Source of the DNA: Macrostomum lignano
Lineage: Eukaryota
Reading direction: 5' to 3'
Length of the DNA stretch: 64,000 nt
Assembly (NCBI GenBank): GCA_002269645.1
Contig: NIVC01000864.1
Coordinates: 250,528-314,527 of the forward strand
The notes beneath the pieces are model-generated. The model was not told the origin of the DNA and made no database searches. It was given only the letters and a program-made list of their open reading frames with translations. This document shows, piece by piece, positions 47,421 through 59,568 of the stretch. A program made the translations under genes and the position numbers. Positions within the stretch are counted from its first letter, which is position 1; every line of letters starts with the position of its first letter.

Positions 47421-49747
47421 GCTCTGCTCAGCTCAGCACTCTTATTCTCTCCCTCCAATCTCTCCCCATCTCTGTCAAGGACTACTCAAGTAACATATAC
47501 TCGTATATGGGACGCTACACTCGAACTCTATGGTAAATGTCGCCGAAAACTACACTACAGAGATAGGAGGTTTCAATTTTTTCATCACAAAAATTGTTAT
47601 TGCTTTTGATAGGAGAAAGACCCAATGTTCATCTTTCGATATGTTGTGCCTTCCTTATAGCTCTATTGAGATTCATAAAGCTTATTTATTTATAGTGTAT
47701 TTTTCGGCGAAAAGCCTCTGACTTTTCTGCAGCTCAAAAGAGCGCCGTTTCTAATTTCATTTGACCTGCCTGATGAGATACCAAATTTGCTGCAAAGGCA
47801 AGCAAAGTACGCTGTGGTCTATCGAGGAGACAGGTGGTTTGCCACTGAGCCAGGAAGCCATCTTGCTCACTTGTATGACGGTTGCCAATTGGGCAACTAC
47901 AAGCTTGAAGAGCGGAAGAGCAAACCAAAAATCTGCATTTGGAACATTATCCTCACCTATGAGAACAACACGGGCTTTTTCTACATTGACCACTGTTGTA
48001 TCCCTGCAGCCCCCGGCCCGGCAGTAGGGTGGTCCTACAGGGTACAGTACAATCGGGTCCTTGCTAAGCCTGCGCGCGGGCGCTAGGGCGAGCACTTCCC
48101 CTGACAGTCTCGGGCGTCAGGACGCTCCCACGCAGCCTTTCCACGCGTCGGGACGCAGTGGTGCGGGCCGCCTTCAGCGAGGCGTTGGGACGCACTGGCT
48201 GGCGTAGAGGCGTAGAGGCGTACGGTAGGTATCCTACTGCCGTATCAACCCCAACTAGCTGAGTCGGCGTCCGGACACACGGACTCTCTGCCCCCCTAGG
48301 CAACCGAAAGAAAGAAGACAGGACGCGCACTTACTTAGTTGGCAGCTGTCGCTCAGGGCTCAGGAAGATGGCCTTCTTTGGTGTATTTCTTTATCAAAGG
48401 GGGTCTGTATAACTTGGGCTGTAGATAGCTCTGACAAAAACTGAATTCACAGAGAGGGAACAGTCGAGACGCGCACCGCTCCAACCCGCCGCGAGCGATG
48501 TTAAATAGCACACGCCCGCGGAGGGGGGAGGGCCATGCGCTCTCAACTCCACCACCCCACCAACCCCCCAGCCAACCCCCCCCCCCGGGGACGGCCACCA
48601 AGCCCGCCGCCGGCTCAGCCAATCACTACGCGACTGGCTGGCCGCGACCAATCGCCACGCGGGGCGAGCAAACAAATGCCAAAACTTAAGCCTCTGGCTG
48701 CGGCAACGCAAAAAGGGGGTGAATAACAAAAACTGTAAACAACTAGTTGAGGGGTGACTCAGCCCGCTGGGGCTAGGTGCACAGGCACCGCAGAAGTGCA
48801 CAACACAACACCCCGCCTCCCAACAAAAGGAAGAAGCTCATACGAGCCAGTAACGCTGATTACAGAAACAAATGACAACGAATGACACCACAGCTGCACA
48901 ACCTGCACCGCACATGGGCAAGGGGTTCAAAGCCTGCTTGACCTACATGACTGAAACCACGCGTACATGAAATAAAACAAACAGATGAACCAATGATGAC
49001 AAAAGAAATTAACGTTTGATGCCGCAAAAATTTGACCATTGACGACGCAACAAGATTTATGGAATTCCGACACCAATGATTTCACGATGAACGACGCAAA
49101 AGGGTTTAATGATAAAGGATCAGAGCTAGTCACCGATCTCCACCGCACCGTCCCTCTGCACATCCCTGCCGAGTCGGCTGCCCTTTCTCGTCCCTGCGCC
49201 GTTGACTCTCGACACCTGGCCTGGGTCCGGGGTTCCCGCGCCGGCGTCGGTGTAACCAGATTTCAAGCTTCTGTCCGGTGACCGCTTGGCGTCCGCTGGA
49301 ACCCGTTTGGCCTGGGACTATCAGCTCAGTGGAGCACGCCGCTGCTGCTCACCCGGCCGCCGCTATGGCTGCCCATTCTGGACGGCCAAGTGCTCGCCAG
49401 CCGTGCACCTCCCGCCTCCAGTCTCCCGGCTGCCTCTCTACCTAACCCTCATACCACCCGTACGGTAACCCATCCGCATACGACTAATCCGAAAAATACG
49501 ATACACCCAACCCCCGCACCAGGGACAGGGAAACGAACAACCGGACACGCCCGACAGGGCCTGCACCCCCAGCCCAACCCACACTCACACCCTACTAGCA
49601 CTCGCACGCCACCACTCGAGCACAACAGCGCAGCAGCGCCTGGACCTGGCCCGCACCTAGCAGCTCGAACCGAGGGATCACCACCTTCCGCATCACTCGA
49701 GCTGCTCGCTTTAAACATTCGCGTTTCCAACCGCTCCGACGACCGCG

Positions 49748-50577
49748 TCAATTGGACCACGTCACTGAAATGTCCCGGCGCAGAAACTTGAGCACTTGAA
49801 GTGTCACCGCCGTCAGATAACGCCTCGGCTCTTCTCGCCGCACCCTAAACAGGTCAGCCAACTCCTCAAACACGTTCACGATCTCTTCCTCCTCGCCCTT
49901 CAGCAATGCCGTTCTCAGACTCCGGTGCAGCTCCACAAATCTCGTTGTGCTCGGTAGCGGTAGCTCCTCCATCTCGACTGTCGTCGCCCCGACCGGTACC
50001 AGCTTCCAAGCCTCGACATCCGGCAGGTCCTCCCCGTCTGTCTCCATCTCTCCGACCTGGTCTGTTTCGTCGTCGCTGATAATGATGCAGTAGCCGCTGT
50101 CTGGCGCATAGCTTCGCTCGAATGACTGACGAAAACCCTGCTCCTCGGCCTCCCAGCCGGGCGGCCGACTTCCGTCGCTGACGACCGACTCACTGTCGGT
50201 ATCCCCGGGTTCGTCGTCTCCACGGAAGGCGTCCGCATCCGACTGCTCGTCCTCACTCGGCATGTCCTCATCTTCCAGCCTGATCGCTTCCAGGATGTCC
50301 TCTGGCACGGGAATGTCTGACGGGGGTTGAACCTGTCTAGCCAACTCTACCGCCGCGCTGAACGAGATTGACGAATCACCGTACATGTCATACAACCACC
50401 GCCGAAATGGGCAACCGAGAATTTCATACGCGACGTTGAGGGCTTTGCATTTCTCTTCTGCGAATGCCCGGTCCGGGTGCTTGTCCGGGTGATACTTCAG
50501 GGCTTGCCGCCGATAGGCTCTCTTGATTGCAGTTGCCTCCACCCCTGGTCGATCTCCAGTTCGTCGTACAAGGACAT
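49748..50577 (-). CDS. J-domain (Hsp40-type) protein with acidic linker and helical LEDGF-IBD/TFIIS-N-like tail, directly 3' of Gypsy pol
   Basis: MSLYDELEIDQG + VEATAIKRAYRRQALKYHPDK...AYEILG...RRWLYD; HPD is intact. The ATG at 50577 needs one extra G in a G-run at ~50545. No introns. Confidence 0.8.
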
Positions 50578-50812
50578 CTATGGAGTGCCGTTTCTTGCCG
50601 TTAAAATCGCATTTTCCGCTACTAAACCTGGTCCGTGTGCCTGCCGACTCATCCACCCGCTACAACCACCTAACCGCCGACAACCCCCAACCCGTTCAGA
50701 ACCTCAGCCGATCCGGCGGTCGCCTGTGCCGAGTCGGATATCTCCTGGTGGTTAGAGTCTCCGCTGCGGCCGCTTCTAGTCCTTCCCATTCTTCTGGTGG
50801 ATCAGGTCCTTC

Positions 50813-52864
50813 TCATTCTTCCGGCAGGCCACTTTGAGGCGACTCCGAGCTTCTCACGCTACCACCGACCTCGTTCTCCAGTCCTTGCTCGACCTCCGCT
50901 GGTGGTGGTCGACCACGTCGGCCTACCTGCTCAGCTTCCTCCTCTTCATCTTCTTGGCTCTGCACGTCCTCTGTCACCGCACCTCCTTCCTCCTGGCTCG
51001 CTTCGTTCGCCGCTGACCTCGACTTCTTAAAAGGCGACAGGTTGTTGAAATGTACTCTTTTGGTCTTCCTTGGATTAGCCGGATTCTGAACTTCGTACAC
51101 GGTCTCGGAAATCTTCCGCACCACTTCAACTGGTCCCTTCCAATCGACCCGGAACTTGTTCCACGTACTTTCCTGTCGTAATAGTCTTTCTGCAACTTCT
51201 GGTATGTGCCGGTCGCTTGTCGCACTGCTTCATGTGCTTGATGGAGGTGCTTTCTCAAGCCGGCCACGTACATTGACTCGTCCAGCGGCTCTTGTGGTGC
51301 TTTGTAAGCTACATCCAGTGGTAATCGCATCTCTTGGCCGTGCAGGAGGAAGTACGGTGTGTAGCCAGTGCCGCGATGCACACTTGAACGGTACGCCATC
51401 AAGGCTGAGTCGATTAGTTCATCCCATTTGTGTGACTCTGCTCCCTCAGCGATGTAGCTTCGCAGTACTGACTTCAACGTCTGATTGAACTTCTCCACCT
51501 GCCCATTTCCACTTGGATGGTAGGCCGTGGTTCTGGTTTTCTGGATTTTCAGAAGCGTGCACAGCTCTCGCATTACTCGAGACTCGAAGTTCCGCTCTTG
51601 GTCACTGTGAATCGAACTCGGGCAACCGTAGATACTAACCCAGTGCCCAAATATAGCGCGCGCGCCTGTTGATGCTCGTTGGTTGCGGATTGGGATCGCT
51701 GCCGGCCATTTAGTGAACGCATCCTGCAGCGTTAAGATGTACTGATGACCTCTGGCACTCCTTGGCAACGGCCCGACAATGTCCACCATCACTCTCTCAA
51801 AAGGTTCGCCCGTTCGAATCGGCTCCAGTGGAGCTCTAGCCTTCTTCGCCAACTTCGAGCGGCCGCAGACTTCGCAGCTCCTTACGCACTCGGCGATCTC
51901 GCGGCTGATCCCGGGTCTCCAGAACCGTGCAAGGACCTTTCGCTTTGTTTTCTGCAGGCCGAAATGGCCGCCCGCCACGCCACTATGACAGTCGATCACA
52001 ATCCTCTGCAGCAGACACTGTGGTAGCACAATCTGGTCCGCGCCTTTCCACCTCCGCACCAATATTCCGCCGTCCACCTTGAGCAGCTCGCACTGCGCCA
52101 TGAGCGCTCTGCCCCCTGGGGTCCATCTCAGCTTCTCGCTCACGCTCTCATTTCCGCTGACCAGCTCTTTCATCCATCGAATCTCGTCTTCCGCGTCCTG
52201 CGCTTTTACCAGTTCATGTCGCTCGTCAGCCACATTCAGCGCACTCACACCATTTGAGATCACTGGTGCAAAATCTGAGCAGGATGGACATTCTAGGAAG
52301 CCTGCATGTCGCCGGGTCTGCCGTCTTGACAACGAATCCGCATTTCCATGACAGAGCCCGCTGCGATGCACCACGTAGTAGTCGAATTCTGCCAGCTTCT
52401 CCAGCCACCTAGCACACTGACCTTCCGGATCCTTCAGATTGTGAATCCACTTCAAGTTGCTGTGATCCGTTCGCAAGCAAAATCTTCTTCCAGCCAGATA
52501 GTACCGATACTTGACCATGAACGTCACCACTGCCAGCAGCTCTACTCTGGTCGTGCAATAGTTCCGCTCTGCCGATGACAACGATCTTGAGCCATACGCG
52601 ATAACCTTCTCACTTCCGTCCACTTGCTTCTGAGACAACACGGCGCCAACGCCAATAGATGAGCTCGCATCCGTGTCGAGAATGAACTCGCCGGCCTCGG
52701 GTCCAAAATCCGGAAACGCCATCACGTCTGTACTCGTCAGCCGCGCTTTCAAGTCCCGGAACGATCGCTCTTCGTCCGGTCCCCACTCAAACTCGACACC
52801 TTTGCGAGTCAACCTGAGCAGCGGCTCGGCAACACTCGAGAAGTATTTGATAAATCGGCGATAA
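50813..52864 (-). mobile_element. pol: Ty3/Gypsy pol 3' half (RT thumb, RNase H, HHCC-DDE integrase, GPY/F tail)
   Basis: YYRRFI, FILDTDAS, NADSLSR, GHFG...CEVC, VDIVGP, HSDQ, GQVEKFN and WKGP motifs; small deletion/frameshift at ~51165. Confidence 0.93.
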
Positions 52865-52866
52865 TA

Positions 52867-53835
52867 CTTCGGGTGTGTCATAAGTAATGTCACTGATGTG
52901 AAAACAGACGAACTTGCAATCGCAGATGAACAAAACTGTACCACTCAACAATATAGAGTCCCCCAATATCAATCACCCTCTGGCGGTGCTCATACAGCTT
53001 GTCCACCTCAGCCTGCAGGTGTTTTTCCTCCAACTGCCATAACCAGTGCAACGCAGCCTGTTTTACCTCTTCATGGTTTGCGAAACTCTTCTTGGAAAAG
53101 TCAGCCTTCAGCCATTTGAACAGGAATCTCTTGCAAAAGTTGAAGTCTGGGCTGTAGGGACTGTCAGAGCAGATTCACTCGCCGCACAGGCAGAAAATTC
53201 GAAACAGCCTTCAGATGTGCAGCCGTGCGGTGTCCATCTGCCACAGAACTTCGTCCCGGTGACATGGATTTGACCGGAGAGTGCGCCAGAGGTCTCCAGT
53301 GTGCCGGACAAAGTCGATAAAATACTGGCCATCGACCTTGATGTTCGGTGGAGTTGTGCAGATGGAGACTCGTTTGTTTGGCGTGAAGGCTACCAGCAGC
53401 ATGGTCTTCTTGTCCAAGATGGACTTCCTAGTCACCATCGGCCTGGAGTCCCCAGCTCCCAGCCAGCAGCGATTGTCTGCCTTGCTGCCCTTGCCATCCA
53501 GGTGGAGCCAGCTTTCATCCTCAGCAACCAGGCAGTTTAGGATGTCATTCAAGCCCCGGCTGCTAAACACCTTGCGGATCTGCTTGGTGCAGGCGTCATG
53601 TCGAGATTCATGATGATTTTTGTTCGCTGCATAGACGGTTTTTCATCGCGTTGCACTTGCTAAATCTGCTTGGCGTATTCTTGCGATAGCTTGGGCCATA
53701 AACAACCTATGCACGTCTCAAATGCACTGCTATTGCTTCACTAAGTATACTTTGCAGCTACACTACCCACAAGTCCATGTGCCTACATATTTTAGACAGA
53801 GGCCTGCAGTGACATTACTTATGACACACCCGAAG
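52867..53835 (-). mobile_element. Internally deleted mariner/Tc1-family element (969 bp)
   Basis: 29-bp TIRs CTTCGGGTGTGTCATAAGTAATGTCACTG, each flanked by TA; EDESW, QMD.AR and SPYSPDF motifs. Confidence 0.9.
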
Positions 53836-53837
53836 TA

Positions 53838-55065
53838 TATACAGTCTACGACCAGAATTTTTGTACGAGCAAATCGTGCGGCTGTTAGAAATTTTGCATG
53901 GCCTCGGTGGAACAGCCGTAGCCATAATCTGCGACAATCATTTCACTAATCAAAGCTGTTTCCGAAGATTTCAGCGGGAGAGTGACTCACAACCATGGAA
54001 GGCAGTAAATCCAGTAAACAAGAATAAACCTTTGTTTCTACTATACGACAGTGTTCATTTGATGAAGAATATTCGCAACAACTGGTACACCCAATCGCAC
54101 AGACAACTTGAGTTCCAGTCAATATCAGACAGCGGAGTAACTAGTATAGCTAAATGGAATGATATTATTGAAATTGAGGAGCGATCGCGTGGTCACGTAG
54201 TTCGACCAACTACGCTCAGTCCGGTGTCTTGCCACCCGTCACCATTGGAACGACAGAAAGTTTCACTAGTGCTTGATGTGTTCAATGATAAAACGGTTGC
54301 TGCTCTTCGTTTGAATAATCGTCTTGAAACAGCGGATTTCGTTGAAAGTGTACTAAAATTCTGGAAAATCGTAAACTGCAAGTCGCCATCTGCATACGTC
54401 CTACTTAATGACAAATATAGAGAGCCAATTAAGTCAAACGAGTGCTACTTGGTGAGTTTGTTAATAATTAACAACTGTTAGATGAATATGCACACCTTTG
54501 TTTTTTATTAAAATCGACAGTGATTGTACTAAACCTTTCAGGTGAATGCCAGTCGGACCGACTCGAGGGAGAGTTTTCCATTTATCGTCAAGGTCATGGA
54601 GGCTGCTATTACATATCAGTGGATCAGATTATGGCTAGTGCTCGCCTCCGCCGCATGCAGCTCTATGCGCAGCTTCAAGCTTCGCCACCAGATCACTCGC
54701 CATCCGCATGTTGTCAGCATGATGTCACCGATGAAGAGACTGTCAGTTTTGACGAGCTAAGTTTATCCGTTGCTCGAATTTCTACCGAAGAAAAAGCCTC
54801 TCTTTACTACATTTGTGGCTACGTTTCACACAAAGAAAATTTGCCTGACCGAACAATTGCAACAAGTTTGCCTGGTCTGGATACTTCCACTGCTTGTAGT
54901 GAGTTCACCACGCTTGTATCTCGAGGGAAACTGAGCCATCCGCCTGAATGGTTAGTTGTCTTTGCCTGCTTCTGTTATGCCCATTCTATTGGTTCTGGGC
55001 AGCGTTGTGTTAACAGTTCCGTGCTTGTATTTGAAAAAATCTTCGAAAAATTTTTTTATGTTTAA
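53838..55065 (+). pseudogene. P-element/THAP9-like transposase remnant
   Basis: AIICDN, LYDSVHLMKNIRNNW, ERQKVSLVLDVF and QSDRLEGEFSIYRQ.HGG motifs. Confidence 0.85.
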
Positions 55066-55128
55066 CTGGACCGAGATCTGCTGCGTGGAGTGTCTCGAAG
55101 ACTGGCCAACTCCATCTATAAAGGCATG

Positions 55129-55213
55129 GGGCCCGTTCTATAAAGCCAGCGTAAGATAAGATCGTTCGACGTACGATCGAACTTACGCTACGACAGCTTT
55201 ATAGTACGACCCC
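55129..55213. mobile_element. 85-bp hairpin MITE (PIF/Harbinger-like)
   Basis: TIR GGGCCCGTTCTATAAAGC / GGGGTCGTACTATAAAGC, internal agcgtaag/cttacgct pairing, 3-bp TSD ATG. Confidence 0.65.
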
Positions 55214-55558
55214 ATGGTGCGCAGAGATTCCGAGACGTCCAGACAATCAACCACCGTTTGCTCTCGCCAAATCCGCAAACTGAAGCCTAGCTGAATGTTT
55301 CTTTCAAACACCTGCATATTTTCAAACTTTGTTATAGCCATCTATGTTTTCCTTATACAGTTATGTACGGAGTTTTCCGATTCGTTGCATATCGTACTTT
55401 TCAATTGTCATTTATAATTCTTATGCTGGGAATATTTGCATATATTTATTGTTTGTATAACTGTAAAATAATTATTATAGCGCAAAACTTTTATAATTAT
55501 CTATCACTTAGTACTTGCTTCTTTATCCAAAAGGCTTATTAAAAAACCATAGACACAG

Positions 55559-56197
55559 CTAAAGCAAACGGCCTTTTCTAGAATTTCTGCCATTCGCGAG
55601 TGCAGCGTCCTGAGTTGTTAAGTAGTCCTTGGCCTCGGCATGCTTGGCTTCATCAGCTTTCCGCTCCTCGCAACGGAGGATCGTCAGCTCAGTCAGACCA
55701 ATGTGGATTGTGGACTTAGGCGGTAGGCGCTTAGCCCAGTCGTCGGAGAGCCCTAGGATCACCGTAGCCCCCTTCTCCTTGCGGGAAGTGGCGTGGTACA
55801 GGAGCCCTTTGACTTCGAGGTCAGGGTGCAGCTTCAGCAAGATTTGCCTAAGCTGATCTCCGGACTTAATGGCACTGCCGGCCGGGATCCAGACGCGAAA
55901 GCGCTGGGTCTTTTGTCGCTCGCCCTTGCTGGCGAAGACGAGCTTGCCGAGCTTCTTGGGCCAGTTCAGCTTTGGCAGAAGCTCGCGTAGATTGCGGCTG
56001 CTCTCCTCCGAGTTGCACCAGATGAAGATGCAGCCGTCGGTCTTGACAGACTTGACCACGCTCACGGGGCGGCCTGCCAGGAGCTGGTTAATGAGCGCAG
56101 TATCAATGGTGCGCCAGGCACTGTCGAGCTCGTCTGCCGTGAGGTCTTGCTCTTCCCCGAAGACGATGACCGCCGGTTGGAGCTTGACCTTTGAGAC
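55559..56197 (-). mobile_element. LOA/R1-like ORF1 fragment, host of LINE copy 2
   Basis: Open frame VSKVKLQPAVIVFGEE...RFRVWIP...; its first 36 bp match 46056-46091. Confidence 0.55.
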
Positions 56198-58295
56198 GTG
56201 TGTGTTAACCTACGACCGGGGTCCCAGCCCGCCGAGGGCGGCCGACTCCAGAAAGGTGCACTTCTCTATCAGGTTAGTCCATAAGTCACTCGGACAAAGC
56301 TGCGTCAGATAGGCGCAGGGCAGTTGAAGAGGTGGGCCACCGTTTGGGGCTCAAGGCCGCCGCAATCAGGACAAACCGCGGCGACGCCAGGGTTGAGCCT
56401 CGAATAAAAAAAAGTCTCGGAGAAACGGGCAGAAACCGGAGCGAAGCTGCGCCAGCGTGCACCGCACACGGCGGGGAGGCGAACTTCGGAGCGGTGGATC
56501 TCAGATCGTTGCGCACGAATGACGCGGTTCGGTGGCAAACTGTCCAGCATGGCCTATAGTGCCTGCGTGTGTTGGGCCCGCTTGGCGCGATACCAGGCTG
56601 CAGCCAGCGTCAAGGACATCCGGGGCTGGAACCGAACCCAATCGGCGTTAAAATGCTCAGCAGTGAAGATGGAGGCTTTCATGAGTCTACGCAGAGGTGG
56701 GAGACAGGAAAGATGGTGGCATGGATGTTCCGGGCGTCTGGTGCGGAGCTTGAACTGGAGCGAAAGGAGCTGGTTGTGTTGGCGGACGGTGAGCAACTGA
56801 ACTTCACTGTGTAGATCCGTTTCAGAGGTAAGGGCTGTGCAGCCGGTGATGCTGCGACTCGCCGCATTCTCGACCGATTGAAGCCGAGTCCAGGACGAGT
56901 TCGAGATGATGGGCCCCAGACCGGCGCAGCGTTGTCGAGCAGACTTCTGCCAAGAGCTTTAAAGGTGTCAGCAAAAGTTCCTTGCAGCAGCCCAGGATGA
57001 GGCGGCGAGGCAACGTAGCAGGCTGTTTCTTTTCCGAGTTTTCTCCACAAAGATGGAGACGTGTCTCGCGAAGGAGAGTTTGGGGTCGAAGTCACGCCCA
57101 GAGTTTTCGGATGGAGGACCTGCGGCAGTGGGGAGCCGTTTATGAAGACATTAAGCTGGCAGAAGTATTCGCGCTGGTCTGGACTGAACAGAGTGGCCGT
57201 ACACTTTGATGTAGAACTCTGGAGCTTGCGCGACTCGAGGAACGGAGCGAGTTCAGCGAGATAGTGATTCAGTTGTTGTTCAATGGAATTGCAGCTTGGG
57301 GACGAGGCGGCAACGGTAAGATCGTCAGCGTAGCCGATTAGCTTAGTAGTCGGATTGATGGGCACGGGAGCCTTAGCCAGATAAAAGGCGAAAAGAAGCG
57401 GGCTGATGGCGCTGCCCTGTGGTACTTCAATGCGAACCTGCCGCCACTTGGACTTAGAGTCTCGCATGAAGGTCCGGGCTTGTCGTCCAAGAATATAGTT
57501 GGCGAGCCAGGCCTTAACAGAGTTCGGAAGATCCGATTCGGCGAGGTCGGAGAGTAATTTGTAATGGTCAACGCAGTCAAACGCCATCCGAAGGTCGATC
57601 GCGCCAACGCCGGTCCTGGCCGGGGGTTTCGACAGGCAGAATCCCGAGCAAATCTGCTCGACCAGTTGGCAGAGGGCGGTCATGGTTGAGTGGTGCGGGC
57701 GGAAGCCATGTTGCCAGGCAGGAAGCTGAAGATGGTCAGTCAGAAGCGGTAGCAGGATCTTCTCCAAGATTTTGGCGAGCGGCGACAGGAAGGAGATCGG
57801 GCGGTACGACGCGCCATCGTCCTGCGGTTTGCCATCTTTCAGAAGGGGACAGATTAAGGACTTCTTCCAGACCGCAGGGATCTCGATACCCTCCGCACCA
57901 ATAACCCGTCGGACCCGTCGGACCTACAAGCGCAAATCAATTCGAGCCTCGAAGCGGAGAAACGGGACCGCTGGAACAAATTCCTCCTTGAGAACGGCAA
58001 CCAGCCCAGGATCTGGTCCACTTTTAAAAAGCTGGCCAGACGCCCGAACGCAGATAAAATGTCATACTAAAGTTCAACGAAAAACCGGCCCTTTCTGGTG
58101 CCGAAACTGCGGACCGGCTCAATTGTCAGTTCACGAGGCCGCGCCTTCACTGCTCCAACCCGCAGATGCGTGTCGTCCGTCGACGTATTAAGGCCCTACC
58201 TCGCGCCGCCGGAGACGCTCCTGTCTGTTCGGCCGATGGCATCGAGCATGCCATCAAGCGGTCCAAGCTCTCCAAAGCCATCAGCCCGGACGGAA
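56198..58295 (-). mobile_element. I-group (Ingi/Vingi-like) LINE with inverted 5' segment, copy 2
   Basis: QHGFRP, DLRMAFDCV, PQGS and YADD motifs. 57903-58295 codes the pre-RT region (AIKRSKLSKAISPDG) on the opposite strand. Confidence 0.88.
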
Positions 58296-58305
58296 CCCCC
58301 CTATT

Positions 58306-58545
58306 GAGAGTCAGCCTGTCTCAGAAATCCCCATTGAGAGACAGTCTGTCTCAGAAATCCCCATTGAGAGTCAGTCTGTCTCAGAAATCCCCATTGAGAG
58401 TCAGTCTGTCTCAGAAATCCCCATTGAGAGTCAGTCTGTCTCAAAAATCTCCATTGAGAGTCAGTCTGTCTCAGAAATCCCCATTGAGAGTCAGTCTGTC
58501 TCAGAAATCCCCATTGAGTCAGTCTGTCTCAGAAATCCCTATTGA
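58306..58545. repeat. 30-bp tandem repeat, ~8 units
   Basis: Unit gagagtcagtctgtctcagaaatccccatt. Confidence 0.95.
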
Positions 58546-59568
58546 ACTGCCCGAGCGGCTGACTAAGCCGCCGTGTGCCGAAAGCCCCCAGCCTCAGCGC
58601 TTGGGAGAACACGGGTGCCGAATTACGAGGCCTGAGTCGTGAAAGTAACTATTTTATTTTTAGTACGAACTACATAGTAGCTAATACAACAAGGCAGAAG
58701 CTAAAGTTATTTATTTATTCACACTATTTACGAGCTTAAGCATAAGGTACGGAAAAGTCAAGACTTTTAATCACCGATTTCATTAGAAAGTACCTTAAAA
58801 TCACAGACAGGCATTGCACAAACAAAAGCCAATTGTTTAAATGCGTTTGGAACAAATTGATCAGCTGATTTCTAGTATTTTCTGCACAGTGTATTTGTAA
58901 TTTTATTATTCTGAGCGCTTGCGCATCATGCTCAAATTGATACTGAAAGATTTAGCTATAATCACTAGTCATGCCAATATCGCAGTTATAAATTTTACAT
59001 CTAAACAGAGTTGGTGAGAATTAGCAGGTTTCTTTTGTCTGATTAAAACTATTTGATTAGAAACAAAAATACCATTGAATACTGTCACTCTATCTACTCA
59101 CATTTTGGAGAATTCGGCTCATACACTGAAGCCAGTGCAAAAACAGATAATGATGGCGTCCACGCTATTAATTCGAGTTTTAGGATATGAGAAATAACAA
59201 TTCGACAGTAATTGGACTTGCGATATCAAAGCAATTTAATACTCGTACACTGACTGGGTTGGCTTAGAAATTTAGATTAATTGTGAGCGGATTGAATGCA
59301 TTGAGCGAATGGTGGGTCAGGCTTGAGAATACTAATTTGGTTTGATTGCAGTACAGATAATCGTAAATCACAGGTTAAACAGGGGCGGGATACAGCTTAG
59401 CTACTTATTGTTGATAGTTCTGACTAAAAAATCCGAGCAGAGGAACGGAAAGAGCATTTTCTAGAAAACAAATTCAAGGCTACTTGCCAAAATTAAATGA
59501 GAAGGAGTGTTTATTTAGCGAGTTTCCAAGCCCAGATCTCCAAGATCGCTGGTGATTGAACTGCGAGC

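Noticed and set aside
49251-49416. 3' LTR of the J-domain Gypsy (GGAGGCGGGAGG PPT-like then TG...GGTTACA)
   Set aside because: Short, with weak terminal repeats and no second LTR in the window to confirm it; left unannotated.
44713-57767. Retron, group II intron or DGR-type reverse transcriptases
   Set aside because: The motifs, C-terminal zinc knuckle, RNase H and simple-repeat tails are those of eukaryotic LINE and Gypsy elements.
58166-58642. RVSLSQKSPL phospho-repeat protein
   Set aside because: It is a 30-bp tandem repeat fused to an inverted LINE fragment.
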